A stretch of DNA of 64,000 nucleotides from Azolla caroliniana (lineage: Eukaryota > Plantae > Polypodiophyta). The position numbers and the translations under genes are program-made. Shown here one piece after another: positions 1 through 11,480 of the stretch (positions are counted from its first letter, which is position 1; every line of letters starts with the position of its first letter). The stretch spans positions 22,010,001 to 22,074,000 of the forward strand of contig JBHGNT010000006.1 of the NCBI GenBank assembly GCA_043228905.1. Reading direction: 5' to 3'. The notes below the pieces were generated by a model. The model did not search any database, was not told where the DNA came from, and saw nothing but the letters and a program-made list of their open reading frames with translations.

Positions 1-660
1 CTGTTCAAAGGCGTGCACATGAGCTTCCGCGTCCGGATCATCTCTATACTTGGAGTACTGGAACGGCATGTCGTCGTCCGGTATCGGTGCGCGGGCTGGT
101 AGTGTTGGTGCTTGTTCCGAAATTTTCTCCGGTGTCGGTGGTCTTTCCCGATTTGATTCCGGTGTTGGTTGTTTCTCTTCCTTTGGTGACGGAGGCCTCT
201 CCTCTTCAACTTCCGGTGTCGGAGGTCGTTCTTCTTCTGCTGGTTCCAGGGGTTCCAGCGTTAGCACTTCCGGTTCCAGTTCCGGTGTCGGTAAGGTATC
301 CGATCCTTCGTCCTCCGGTCCACCCAGGGTTTCGTTACTGCTACGGTAGTTCGTGTGCACGCTGTATTCCCCTTCGGAGTCCGATTCATATGCTGAAAAG
401 GCCTCTGCTTCGCCTTCTCCATTTGCCAACGCGTGGAGAAGGGATTCGGTTTCCCAGAGGCTGCTTAGGCTACTGCCATCGTCCGGGTGCGATGTTTGCT
501 GTAGCCAGAGGGAGTCCTTCGCTACTCTCCGGATTACGTTGGAAAACGAGCGATCCGCTCTAATTTCCTGCGCCACTTGCTGGAAAGCCTCGCGTCTCCT
601 TTGCCTTTCGACAAGGCGTTGAGTTCGATTTGTAACCAGGTCGTGCGTTGATCTAGACAT
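1..660 (-). CDS. gag: Gag N-terminal part (Pro/Glu-rich), open to the window edge
   Basis: ATG at 660 just after the PBS. Reads MSRSTHDLVTNR...MPFQYSKYRDDPDAEAHVHAFEQ, similar to MPYPYPRYADGPDAESHVRAFIS in the gag of the 36521-46525 element. Confidence 0.7.
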   Translation of the reverse strand, partial: MSRSTHDLVTNRTQRLVERQRRREAFQQVAQEIRADRSFSNVIRRVAKDSLWLQQTSHPDDGSSLSSLWETESLLHALANGEGEAEAFSAYESDSEGEYSVHTNYRSSNETLGGPEDEGSDTLPTPELEPEVLTLEPLEPAEEERPPTPEVEEERPPSPKEEKQPTPESNRERPPTPEKISEQAPTLPARAPIPDDDMPFQYSKYRDDPDAEAHVHAFEQ

Positions 661-1147
661 CCATCCGTGCCGTCGTTCGCTGCAAAAACAGGAATCGTGG
701 TCGCCAAAAACTGTGTTAACTCTTCGGGCCGGACAATGGCCTAACACAGGGTGTCTACGTGAGACACTTCACCAAAGGGTGTTATGGCAACCGGATTAGA
801 CTTCAACGCTTAATCCGACTTAGTTAAGTTACTTATTAGGATCGTCTTTCATAACACGCGTAAGATATAACAATTAAGACAGAACGGCAATTAACACAGA
901 GAGATAACAACACTTAAGCTTTCATTAATTAATCGCTAACTATTACATTGTATCCGGGCCTTTAAATAGGTTTCCGGTCTGTATTACAAAACGGTGCCAT
1001 CCACACCTGTTCGGGATCGGTTTGGATCCGGAACGGCATACCGATTCCGGTCCATCCGTCCACACTCATAGCTTAATTACAACCACATTCCTACTACTTA
1101 ATTAGCTCTCCGTTTCCCACTCTGGACTCCTTTGCCGGCCGGTAACA
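1..1147 (-). mobile_element. 5' part of a Ty3/Gypsy LTR retrotransposon: 5' LTR 714-1147, PBS 697-706, start of gag; element runs off the left edge
   Basis: LTR ends tgttaac(714)...ggtaaca(1147). Minus-strand PBS TGGCGACCAC matches the 3' end of plant tRNA-Arg(UCG). An LTR of the same family starts in + orientation at 63703. Confidence 0.8.
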
Positions 1148-3616
1148 GGCCACCCAAAAACAGTAGAAAAGGAATGGTCATAACTCTTTCATTTGTCACC
1201 CAAATATCATGTAAATCTTGTAAAGAGAGTTATCCATAGTAGTTTAAATCTCTAAATTTAGAGCTCGTATGAGGGAGATATGACGATTAGAAAATCATTG
1301 TCTCTTAACTAAGAATAGGAGATAAAAAGCTTCTAAAAATAGCGTGAACGAGGAAGAAGAAGAAATTTATAAAAGAGGAAGTGATAGTCTTAGAGGAGGG
1401 GTCCTAATAGATGAGGAGTAGTCTTGGGAAGGGTCTTAGTAGTGGGTTTGAGTGATTGGACGTAAGAAGGTCTTTGGTTTTTTAGTTCAATGTGGAGTTT
1501 ATCTCCTTTGTATGGTCTTGATAATTGAATATTATAACATTCTTACCCCTTTCTCATCTTCTCTATCTTTTGTGTTAATTTCTTGAGTCTCCCTCTCTAA
1601 TTCGAAGTTATCTTGATCAATAAAAACCATTATAATTCATAACTCCATCTAATCAGTTTGATCAAGCCCTATATTGTGAATTACTATCATCTGCCTTATA
1701 CACGCTATCATTTTTAGCTCTCCAGGGAGGGTCGATCCTTTCCGTATAGGAGGGAGAACCTATCCTTTCTTTGTGTTACTATACTACATTAACTTAGCTA
1801 TGTAGTTCGCGTTTCCAGATGAAAGAACACAAGATGCTGGTGCCTTTTTGGCATCCTTTAAGCATTATGCCATCTCTATTGGACGCGTCACCGACAATGA
1901 AAAGTTACCCTTGCTAGTAGCTACATTCTATGGTCGAGCTTGAGATTGGTATGACTCTCTTCCACCAAACGAACAAGGAGAATATCAATTTTTGGTACAC
2001 CAGTTTCATTCCAGATACATTCCACAGGGAAGTGCAACGGAAGTAAGGGAGGAGATTTTTCAAATAAAGATGGAATCACCTCTTGCTTTCATACAATATG
2101 AAAGAAATTTCAAGGATTTGTGGAGGATGTAGTTTCGTCTTTGTGGGGGCATTGAAGACGAGTGGTTTAAGATGGAACGATTAAAGATGGGCTTTGACAT
2201 GCATTTCCATTTGGCAGCAAGCTTGAAGGATCCAACAACTTTTCAAGATCTTCTCCAAGTTTATTAAGATTATGATCGACAAGTGACAATGATGAGTTCC
2301 ATGGGGTACCCCCAAATGACGGCTTTGGATGCAAATTTGATGCCTCGCACCAATCTCCAAAGCTCATCTTCAATTGTGCATGGTGGACAAGTGTTTCCAA
2401 ATGTGTATACTACCACAATAATAAATCTGACAAGTGTATTTCAAGAAGTGGAGCAAGAAAAAAGTGAACAAGGTATTATATCCTTGGTGAATCCGCACTT
2501 TGACGAAGTGATGGCTCATTTGTGACAATCCCAAGCAATTCACAACTCATTTCCCGAGGGTGGTGGCTCTAGAGGGAATCAAGGAGTAATTTGTTATTCT
2601 TGTGAAGAGGAGGGACAAACCTCAACAAGATGTCCTCATCGACAACAAAGAGGCATGTGCAGAGACATGTATCAAGTGCAAAGAACTGGGCAATGACCCC
2701 ACAACAAGGAGAATCTAGTACCTTGAGACAAAAGAAGAAGTCTAAGGAGAATGAGGAAGAGGAGAAATTGAGAAGGAGACACTCCAAAAGGAAGATAAAG
2801 ATGGAAGATATTCCTATGGTTGTAGGTGTAGAAGCTTTCAATTTGAAGCAAGAGTTGATATCAAGTGGACAAAGGATAAATGACCACAACTTCTTCAATG
2901 ATCTCCCACATTACGAAAGGAGTGGGGAAACCTTGCAAGTATTCGCCAAAGTCGGAAGACCATGCATTATGTGGGGACCGTGCAAGTAGAAGATCGAAAG
3001 AGCATACGGCCAAACATCCCCTTCTCCATCAAGGGGTTTCACATCAAAGATTCCTTGATTGATAGCGGTGTTAAGGTAAGCTTGATTTCAAAATGTGTAG
3101 TAACCAAAGTGGGAATTCCTATTAGTAGGTCATCTTTAACAAGGGTGGTTGTAGCAAATGGTGGAGTGGCACATTGTATTAGCATAGTCGTGGATGTGGA
3201 GTGTTTCAGAATAAGAGGAGAAGATGACATCAAACTCTACATCAAGTTGAAGGAAAGCATACCAATTTCCCAAAAACTTAGGAAATTGGGTGTTATACAC
3301 AAGGAAAATCTTATACAAAAGTTCAAAACATTGTTGCAAGAAAGTTTCAATTTTAAGATGGAGGATTTGATGTGTGTCACCTATGGTTTTGGTTCCAAAG
3401 AAGAATGAGATCGATTTCAAACACTTGAATGATTCAACCAAACAAGATGAATTTTCACTTCCTTTCCGACATGAGATTGTAGATCAAATGGTCATTTATA
3501 CAAAACAAGGTAGTGTGGAGAATGTGGTGTGCCAAGAAGGAATTCATGTGGATGAATCAAAGATCAACATAATTCAACAGATGACAATTCCAACAAGTCC
3601 TAAAGCTTTGAAGGTA
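1148..3616 (+). mobile_element. Degenerate Gypsy relic, copy 1 (LTR remnant to ~1788, decayed gag, protease and RT fragments)
   Basis: Colinear with 20262-22325 and 29477-30217. Protease-like LIDSGVKVSLIS; RT-like SPMVLVPKK and DEFSLPFRHEIVD; many stops and deletions. Confidence 0.75.
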
Positions 3617-3687
3617 ATTTTACTGAGTAATTTTAAGCTTTTATTACACATTTGGAGAGGAAAGTTACGGAGTAATTTTAAGTGTAA

Positions 3688-3761
3688 GCTTTCATAGCTC
3701 AGTTGGTTAGAGCACTTGTTTCGTAAGCGAGAGGTCTTGAGTTCAATTCTCAATGGAAGCA
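3688..3761 (+). tRNA. tRNA-Thr(CGT), intact cloverleaf on a Thr(AGT)-type body
   Basis: GCTTTCATAGCTCAGTTGGTTAGAGCA CTTGT TT CGT AA GCGAG AGGTC TTGAG TTCAATT CTCAA TGGAAGC A; all stems pair, some with G-U. Confidence 0.8.
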
Positions 3762-4126
3762 AACACTTGGTTTAGGTGATATCTAACCTATTCCATGGAA
3801 AGTAGTAATAGAAGCCAATTGTTGTGTATACCTCAAACTTGAAGAAGGTGTCATACATATATTTTAAGCATATCCAAATTTTGTAAGCTCTCATAACTTG
3901 TTTGCACAAATCACCTATACTTTATTTGTAAGTTTTCATAGCATAGTTGATACATAGGAGATTTGATCAATAAGCTTACTTAGTAATAACCTTGAATGTA
4001 AGCTTTCATACCTTAGTTGGTTCGACCATCTGTTTTTGGTAAACAAGCTTATTTAGTAACAAGTTTGGATATAAGCTTTGATAGCACATCTAATGAATAA
4101 GCTATTTGGTGATAACAAAATTGTAA

Positions 4127-4200
4127 GCTTTCATAGCTCAGTTGGTTAGAGCACCTGTTTAGTAAGCGGGAGGTCTTGAGTTCAACTCTCAATTAAAGTC
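4127..4200 (+). tRNA. tRNA-Thr(AGT), 3' acceptor strand mutated (probable pseudogene)
   Basis: Near-canonical plant Thr(AGT) body, but ends ...ttaaagtc instead of tgaaagca. Confidence 0.7.
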
Positions 4201-4755
4201 AACACTCTCCTTACTTGATATCTAAATTAGTGCATAGAAGGAAATGGACAAAACCCAATTATTGATTTTATTAAATACTTGATATAGCAATAAAACATAG
4301 ATTTCCACGGGAGGTCTTTGTGTTCATCACTAAGTCAAAGCAAAAATATTGTTTAGTTGATATCTAAATTGGTGCATGGAAGGTCTTTGTGTTCATCACT
4401 AAGTCAAAGCAAAAATATTGTTTACATGATATCTAAATTGGTGCATGGAAGGAAATAGACCTAATCCAATTATTCCTCAAAGCAAAAATATTGTTTAGTT
4501 GATATCTAAATTGGTGCATGGAAGGAAATTGACCTAATCCAATTATTCCTCTTTATCTGATACTTGACGGTGCGCTCAAACATAGATTTTGAGCATATGG
4601 AATATTTGTAAGCATTTATAACTCGTTTGATTTGATTACCTATAGTTTATTTATAAGCTTTCATAGCATAATTGGTAAACAAATTTATTTAGTAACAAGT
4701 TTGAATGTAAGCTTTTATTGCACATTTGGAGAGGAAAGTTATATTTTAAATGTAA

Positions 4756-4829
4756 GCTTTCATAGCTCATTTGGTTAGAGCATTTGCTTCGTAAGCGATA
4801 GGTCTTGAGTTCAACTCTTAATGAAAGCA
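4756..4829 (+). tRNA. tRNA-Thr(CGT)-type copy with stem mismatches
   Basis: Same body with CGT anticodon; mismatch in the anticodon stem and substitutions in the D loop and T stem. Confidence 0.65.
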
Positions 4830-5101
4830 GATACGTGGTTTACTTGATACCTAAGTCATTCCATGGAAAGTAGTAGATAGAAGTTAAATGTTGTGTTTAC
4901 GTGAAACTTGAAGGTGTCAGACATATATTTTCACAATATCCAAATATTGTAAGCTCTCATAACTTGATTGCACATATCACCTATACTTTATTTGTAAGAT
5001 TTCATTGTTTTCGATAAACAAGCTTATTTAGTAACAAGTTTGGATGCAAGCTTTAATAACACATTTGATGAATAACCTAGTTGGTAATAACCTAAATGTA
5101 A

Positions 5102-5175
5102 GCTTTCATAGCTTAGTTGGTTAGAGCACCCATTTAATAAGCAGGAGGTCTTGAGTTCAACTCTCAATGAAAGCA
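5102..5175 (+). pseudogene. tRNA-Thr(AGT)-type pseudogene (anticodon AAT)
   Basis: Thr(AGT) body with G>A changes in the anticodon arm; the hAT TSD overlaps its 3' end. Confidence 0.7.
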
Positions 5176-5481
5176 AACCATAGTTCTAGCCATACGTCTC
5201 AAACGTGTCATACTCATACGTGAAATGGCTCCAAGTATGATCGGAATCCATTCGTCTATATTTATTTTTATTTTTATTACTCTAATTTTTTTTTTAAAAT
5301 ATGAAAAATAAAAAATAACAAGATTTTTATAGACAAAAATCAAGACCATAAATTCATTGAAAACTAACAAAGTAGCATCCAAAGTTCTAAACATGAACTA
5401 AAATTTATCCAAAGTTCAAACATGAACATTAACCTAGAAAGTAGCTCTAAATTCATAGTACTAATAGTTAATCTCATATCT

Positions 5482-7538
5482 CTACTCTTGAGGTGCATTG
5501 TCAATGTTAACACATTGCCCATCATCATCATCTTCTTCAAAATCCTCATTAACCATAGTTGCATGTTGTATTTGCAATAGCAAAAGCCTATCATTATCTT
5601 CTTCTTTATTAATCATATCCAATGTCACTTCTATACAGCTTGAATCTCTTTCTTTGACTTTCTTTAATAGACGATGGTTTGTATGCAAGTATATTAGCTT
5701 CTCTATATGATCATGACTCAACCTATTTCTCCTCTTAGTGTGTATCAATGAAAAGGTACTCCAATTTCTCTCACATGGAGATGCTACCTTGAGAAAGCAC
5801 TTGTATCGCAAGTTTACTTAAATTTGGTGTTTCTCCTCCAAATAATTCCCACCACTTAACACCATCTTTCATTCTAGTAGGATCATTTGAAGGTGGAAGT
5901 TGAAAAATACCCTTCTCTTTAGTTTTATAAGCATGATACTCATCTAATAAATTACCTTGCATCTTAATGTCACCGTTTGCATATCGCATAATGGTGTCTA
6001 TCCAACAAGCACTCACCACATTATCAAAAACTTGAACATTTTCCCACCAAATTGGATGTAAGAGATATCCAATTGCATGTAATGGTGAATGTAACATTTT
6101 GCATCTATCCATGCATAATCCTCTAATTTCATCAAGCAACATGTTATTGATTCCTTGCCTTTTATTTATTTCTTCTATCATTCGTCGTGTACATTCATAT
6201 ATCAACCCCATGGTTGCACCTTCTCTATCCGCCAATCACAACACTTTTTAAATTGGTGAATATATTTCCACTATCATCTTTACATTTGACCAAAAGGAAG
6301 CATTCAATATTATCAAAACTACTTCTTCTGCTTGTTGTGGTTTAGATCCCTTCCATTGGCACCATTCCTCACTAACTACCATTCTTCTTAAACCACTATA
6401 CACTCTATCATCCAACAAATTTGATAGCACAATGAAACTATAAGGAAACCTTGTAGTTGGAGGCTTCAACAATTCCTTTTTACTAAACTTGCGAAACATT
6501 GCAAGCACATATAGCTTTCTTGTGATGAACGTAGTAACCTTCAAACCTAATCTCAAAGCATCATTAACCCAAGCACATTTTCCTATATCCTCAAACAACA
6601 AATCAAGGCAATGACATGTGCATCGAGTAAAAAATATCATGGGCCACTCTTTCTCTATCATATGTCTCGCTGCCACACAATTTGATGCATTATCCATGCA
6701 TACTTGCACAACATTTGTTGGGCCAATTTCAAGAATAGTAGCTTTTAGAATATTAAAGATATACTCCCCCGTTTTACATTCTCCACTTGTATCCACGGAC
6801 CTCAAAAACACTGAACCAAACATTGATGAAGCTAGAACATTAATTATTGGCCTATTTCTAGTATCTGACCAACCATCACTGACTATAGTGCATCCATATA
6901 TTTTCCATTTCTCTTTAATGCATGAAAGTTTATCTTCAACAAATTTTACTTCTTCATCTAAATGCCTCTTTCCCAATTGGAAAGAACTTGGTGGCGTATA
7001 TGACGGACTAGCCTTTGCAATTGCTTGAACCATATCATGAAAAAATGAACTATCAACCTTAAGATGTGGAATATCCTCTACAAAAAAGAATCTTCTCACT
7101 GATTCATCGGCAATTTTATTCAAACTTTTTTGCCAAGAGATTTGCAGGGATCCACTAGTATTCTCAATTGTCCTCTTCTTACATGATGAAGATGACATGT
7201 CAACTATAGATGCACAAGTAGATGGCCCAACATTGGCATTAGATGTACTTACATCAACATTATTCTCACTTTTTGCAATAGAATTTTCATTAGCATTAGT
7301 ATTTTCATGAGCATCGACATCCGATATCAATTTTTTTTATCTCATCTTTTATTGCTCTAGTGACTTTGCGGCATTTATCCACACCTTGTCCTTTTAGCCC
7401 CAAAAGATGGGCTTTAATTCGGTGTGGACCACCAGCAAATACATGCTTGTAATGTTTGCATTCATTTATATGCATTCCTTTCTCGTTTCTCTTCAAGACA
7501 GTAATGTGGTCCCATAAAAAGCTCTTTGGTTTACCCAT
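5482..7538 (-). pseudogene. hAT transposase (BED-type zinc finger, DUF659-type core, hATC dimerisation region), frameshifted
   Basis: ORF pieces: WDH...CKHY..H..AGGPHRIKAHL; GCTIVSDGWSDTRNRPIIN; QVCMDNASN; RCTCHCLDL; LHSPLHAIGYLLHP; WWELFG; CERNWSTFSLIHTKRRNRL. Confidence 0.9.
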
Positions 7539-8713
7539 ACTGTGGCGGTCACATGGACCACACCTAAATTAGGCCCCTACCAAGATCCCATAATTAGAAG
7601 AGCTAATTGGAGCGGGAGAACACCCTCCACGCTAAGAGTAGTCTATAAAATGTAACTTGGAACGTAATGGAAGGGGGGCTATTCTTGAGAGCATTTCACA
7701 TCTTGGTGGAGAAGACGGGCAAAGCAACCCCAACTCACGACCCCAACAACACACGCCATGATGCAACACGACAACAACGGCGGCAACGCAAACTCAATGA
7801 ATCCGGAATTCCTACAACAACAAATTCAAGAACATCAACCCACATCGCCAATCAACCAACTAGTTCAAGCCTTGTCCAACATTATTTTACAAGTTAACCA
7901 TACTAACCACAACTCGATCCGAGCCACAACAAAATCTCCCAAACCCTTGAGTTCCCCCAAAACCATTCTCCGGCCTACCATCAGAAGACGTCCTCTCTTG
8001 GCTGGATCATTTCGAAATGGTGACCAGTTACCACCAGTGGCCACACCCCCGGAAGACAATGGAAATGATGACACTCCTTGAGAATATCGCAGCAACATGG
8101 CTCGTCCAACAACCCGAAGAGACACGCAACGACTGGGATCTGTTACGGGTAGCCATGATTCGGAATTTTGCTCATCAAGACTCCCGCTAGACGACCCTAC
8201 AACAACTCGAGTCAATTGCCCAACAACCACGCGAACCCATCACCCAGTTCGTGGTTCGGTTTGTGCAGATCCTACGCCGGGCTGACGCCAACATGTCGGA
8301 AGACATGAAGTTGTTTTTCTTTTGGCCGCGTATACGACATGACCTCCACCATCGTGTATGCGATCAAGGCCTGACGACACTACACGAAGCCATCCTCACC
8401 GCCCAACGCATCAAAGCTGCAGACGCGCACGACATGCACACACCAGGTAATCTTAGTCATGATTATACAAACACTATGTCAGCCGCCACTCCCATGGACA
8501 TCGACGTCTAGAACGCGCAATTACGTGCCAAGCATGCATTGCCCGAACGAGACAGCCAAGGACGCCCCAAATGTTTCTACTACAACAACTATGGCCACAT
8601 TCGGCGTCACTGCCAAAAGTGGCAAAATCACCAACAGAAGTAGAACGTCCAATTAGCCGATGCTGCCTCGCTCTCTGAGCTCCTGGAAAACTAATGTGCG
8701 GGGTGTCGCAGGG

Positions 8714-8890
8714 AGAGCCGCCCCCGCACGTCCACGCCTCCACGTCATCAACTTCTCCCGTTTCTCCCATGATTGAGCCGCCCCCGCACGTCCACGACTC
8801 CACATCATCAACTTCTCCTGTTTATACCATGATCGAGCCGACCCCGCATGTCCACGCCTCTACGTCATCAACTTCGCCCATTTGTACCAC
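8714..8890 (+). repeat. 60-bp tandem repeat x3
   Basis: gagccgcccccgcacgtccacgcctccacgtcatcaacttctcccg... repeated three times. Confidence 0.85.
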
Positions 8891-10544
8891 AATCGCCCGC
8901 CTCCAGCACACGACCCAAGAAGTTCTCCTCGACTCCAGCAACAACATCTCTTCCATCAGCGCAGATTTAGTCACCCAATTACAAAACTTCCCATGAGCCA
9001 CGCACTGCCCATTAAAATCCTCTTCGGCGACCAACAACGGTTGTACCACTCACATATGCAAGTCATGTGCATGCTCACCATCAGTTCCGCCCAGATCCAA
9101 CATCGTTTCTACGTCCTCCCGCGCTAGTTGTTCCCAATTACCCTGGGCTGTGATTGGTTCCTCCATAGTTGAGCCTGTCTCGATTTCTCCTCACAATAGC
9201 TCATCCTCCCCAATCACCTTCCGATCGCGCTCTTCACTACTCTGCGAGATACCACCCACATCAGCAACACACAATACCTGGTATCCTCTCCCTCGTATCA
9301 ATGACCTCCTCGACCAGCTTGGCAAATCAAAGTACTTCACCTCCCTCGATTTGGCCTCGGGATATTGGCAGATCCCTATGAATCCTAAAGATGCCCACAA
9401 AATTGCATTCCGCACTAGGAAAGGCATTTTTCAGTTCACACGGATGCCCTTCGGTCTATCCGATGCTGGGAGCATATTCCAGCGAATGGCTAACACCATC
9501 TTCGATGATCTCATCACCGGCTGCGTCGTCATCGTCTATCTAGACGATATTCTGATACATACAAGCACTTGGGCGGAACACCTTCAAGTCCTTCGGGAGA
9601 TCCTAACTTGTGTTCAACGCTATCGATTGCAGCTGCAATGGAAGAATTGTCGATGGGGTAGTACGCACCTCCGCTTCCCCGGGTATGTCATCTCCTCTGA
9701 TCGATGGAGTACAGATGGACCCAGAGAAAACGGAACCAGTCCAAAAATTCCTAAGCCCCACCATAGTCAAGCAACTTCAACGCTTCCTCAGCCTCCTCAC
9801 GTTCTCTCTCCGCTTCATCCCACAGTTGGCCGACCTGTCAGCCCTACTACGCGCACTCCTGCAAAAAGACGCACCCTTCCTATGGACTGAAGCCTGCGAA
9901 TCTAGCTTCCTGCAGCTCAAGCGAACACTCCAAGCCTCTAACCTCCTGGCCCACCCTGATTTCACGAAGCCGTTCTATCTGTAGACGGATGCCTCCAATG
10001 TCAGCCTTGGTGCGGTCATGCTCCAATCCGACGACAACGACCAACTCTGCCTAATTGCCTACATAAGTTGGTCACTTACCAAAGCCGAACAAAATTTTTT
10101 GACAACCGAAAAAGAGTTGCTCGCCATCATCTGGGCATTCCATCGTTTCCACCCATACCTACACAGATCAAATACATTCGTCAAAACCGACCATCAGCCA
10201 TTGCTCTCCCTCATAAAGAAGGCTCATCCACCCGGTCGCTTACTCCGTTGGGCTTTGGCGCTATAGGATTACACATTCACTCTGCGCTATCGCCGTGATC
10301 CCTAGAACATCTTTGCCGATGGATTATCCTGCATATCCTTTCAGGCGAACCAGATCTCCTCTGACACAATTGATTTCCCCATATCCTCGTTCCAAATGGC
10401 AAACATGCAACAACACCACACAAAAATCCAAGACATTTGTCACCGCCTAGGAGCCGAGCCCACATCATCCCTCACCAAGAAATTCATGATCCAGGATAAT
10501 GTCTTGCTTTTTTGCCAAGTAGGCAAGGAACCCCGGGTCTACGT

Positions 10545-11480
10545 TGTCGTGCCTTTTGGTGCCAGATCGTTTGCGTGAGTTGGGTGGGAACCGCTGGGGT
10601 TTTGGACTAGGAGGAGGAAGAATTTGAGACGATTCTAATTATGAATAGATTATTAGTAGCTTGTGAATCCCACAAGTATAATGTATTTTATTGATTAATA
10701 TTTATGTAAGAATATGTATTTAGATTGATAGAGAAAGATATAGAAATCTCGTGAATCCCACGAGTATAGTTTATTAATTGGTGTTTTAGGAAATATATCC
10801 AATTTCCCCAATATTTCACATACCCCATTACATTGTGCTCCCCATCCTTATATAATGATTCGAGAGTCTTCACAATCCATGCTTTTTCTCTAACTATTGA
10901 CTATATGCTTTATCTAACATGCTTTTTCTAACTTTAGTTTTCATGCACACTACACGTGCATGATTAGCTTTCTATCCCATCTTTTCTTTTAACTCGAGTG
11001 TGTATGCATGAATAACTTTTTGTACCATGCATATCTAGAATATTTACATGGGATAAAGTTTAGTATAACTTTAAAATTCATAATATGCTAGTATAGTGGT
11101 AAGGCTTAACATTATTAACATGGAGGTACAAGGTTCGAATCCTGCTCTATGCATGTAACAATCTTTTCTTTTATTTACAAATTTGTCTCTTCATCCGGTG
11201 AGAGACTCTCACCGGCCTTCTTCATCCGGTTCTCACCGGTCTGCTTCATCCGGTTCTCGCCGGTTTTCTTTATTCGGTTCTTACCGGTCCTCCTTACCGG
11301 TCCTCTTCGTGCGTTTCTCACCGACTCTCACCGGCCTTCTTCATCCAGCTCTTGCCGGTTCTCCTTACAGGGTTTGGTCCTTACCGGTTCCTCCTTCCGG
11401 TTCTCACTAGGTACTCCATGTCCTATCCGGAGAGATAAAAAATGTAATTTTTCACGTAGTGTGCGAATTACACAACGACA
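10545..11480. mobile_element. Solo LTR (TGTCG...CGACA family) inserted in the Gypsy pol
   Basis: Termini tgtcg/cgaca; TSD acgt/acat. The host frame V-Y-V-P-V-Q-L is restored on removal. Homologous to 48058-49673. Confidence 0.85.
11085..11153 (+). other. tRNA-like (Pol III A/B box) segment inside the solo LTR
   Basis: A-box-like TAGTATAGTGG and perfect B box GGTTCGAATCC at tRNA spacing; homolog at ~49388-49457. Confidence 0.5.

Larger units (their letters stand above)
3617..5178 (+). repeat. tRNA-Thr-derived tandem array, block 1 (~1 kb period; full tRNAs plus 5'-half and 3'-half relics)
   Basis: Repeated tgtaa-GCTTTCATAGC... subunits with a shared trailer (gatatctaa...catggaa...ccaatt...acttga). 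The same unit recurs in blocks 2-5. Confidence 0.92.

Noticed and set aside
3617-5178. CRISPR-like look of the short recurring tgtaagctttcatagc motifs
   Set aside because: The motifs are tRNA 5' ends, the spacers are themselves repeated, there are no cas genes, and the context is eukaryotic.
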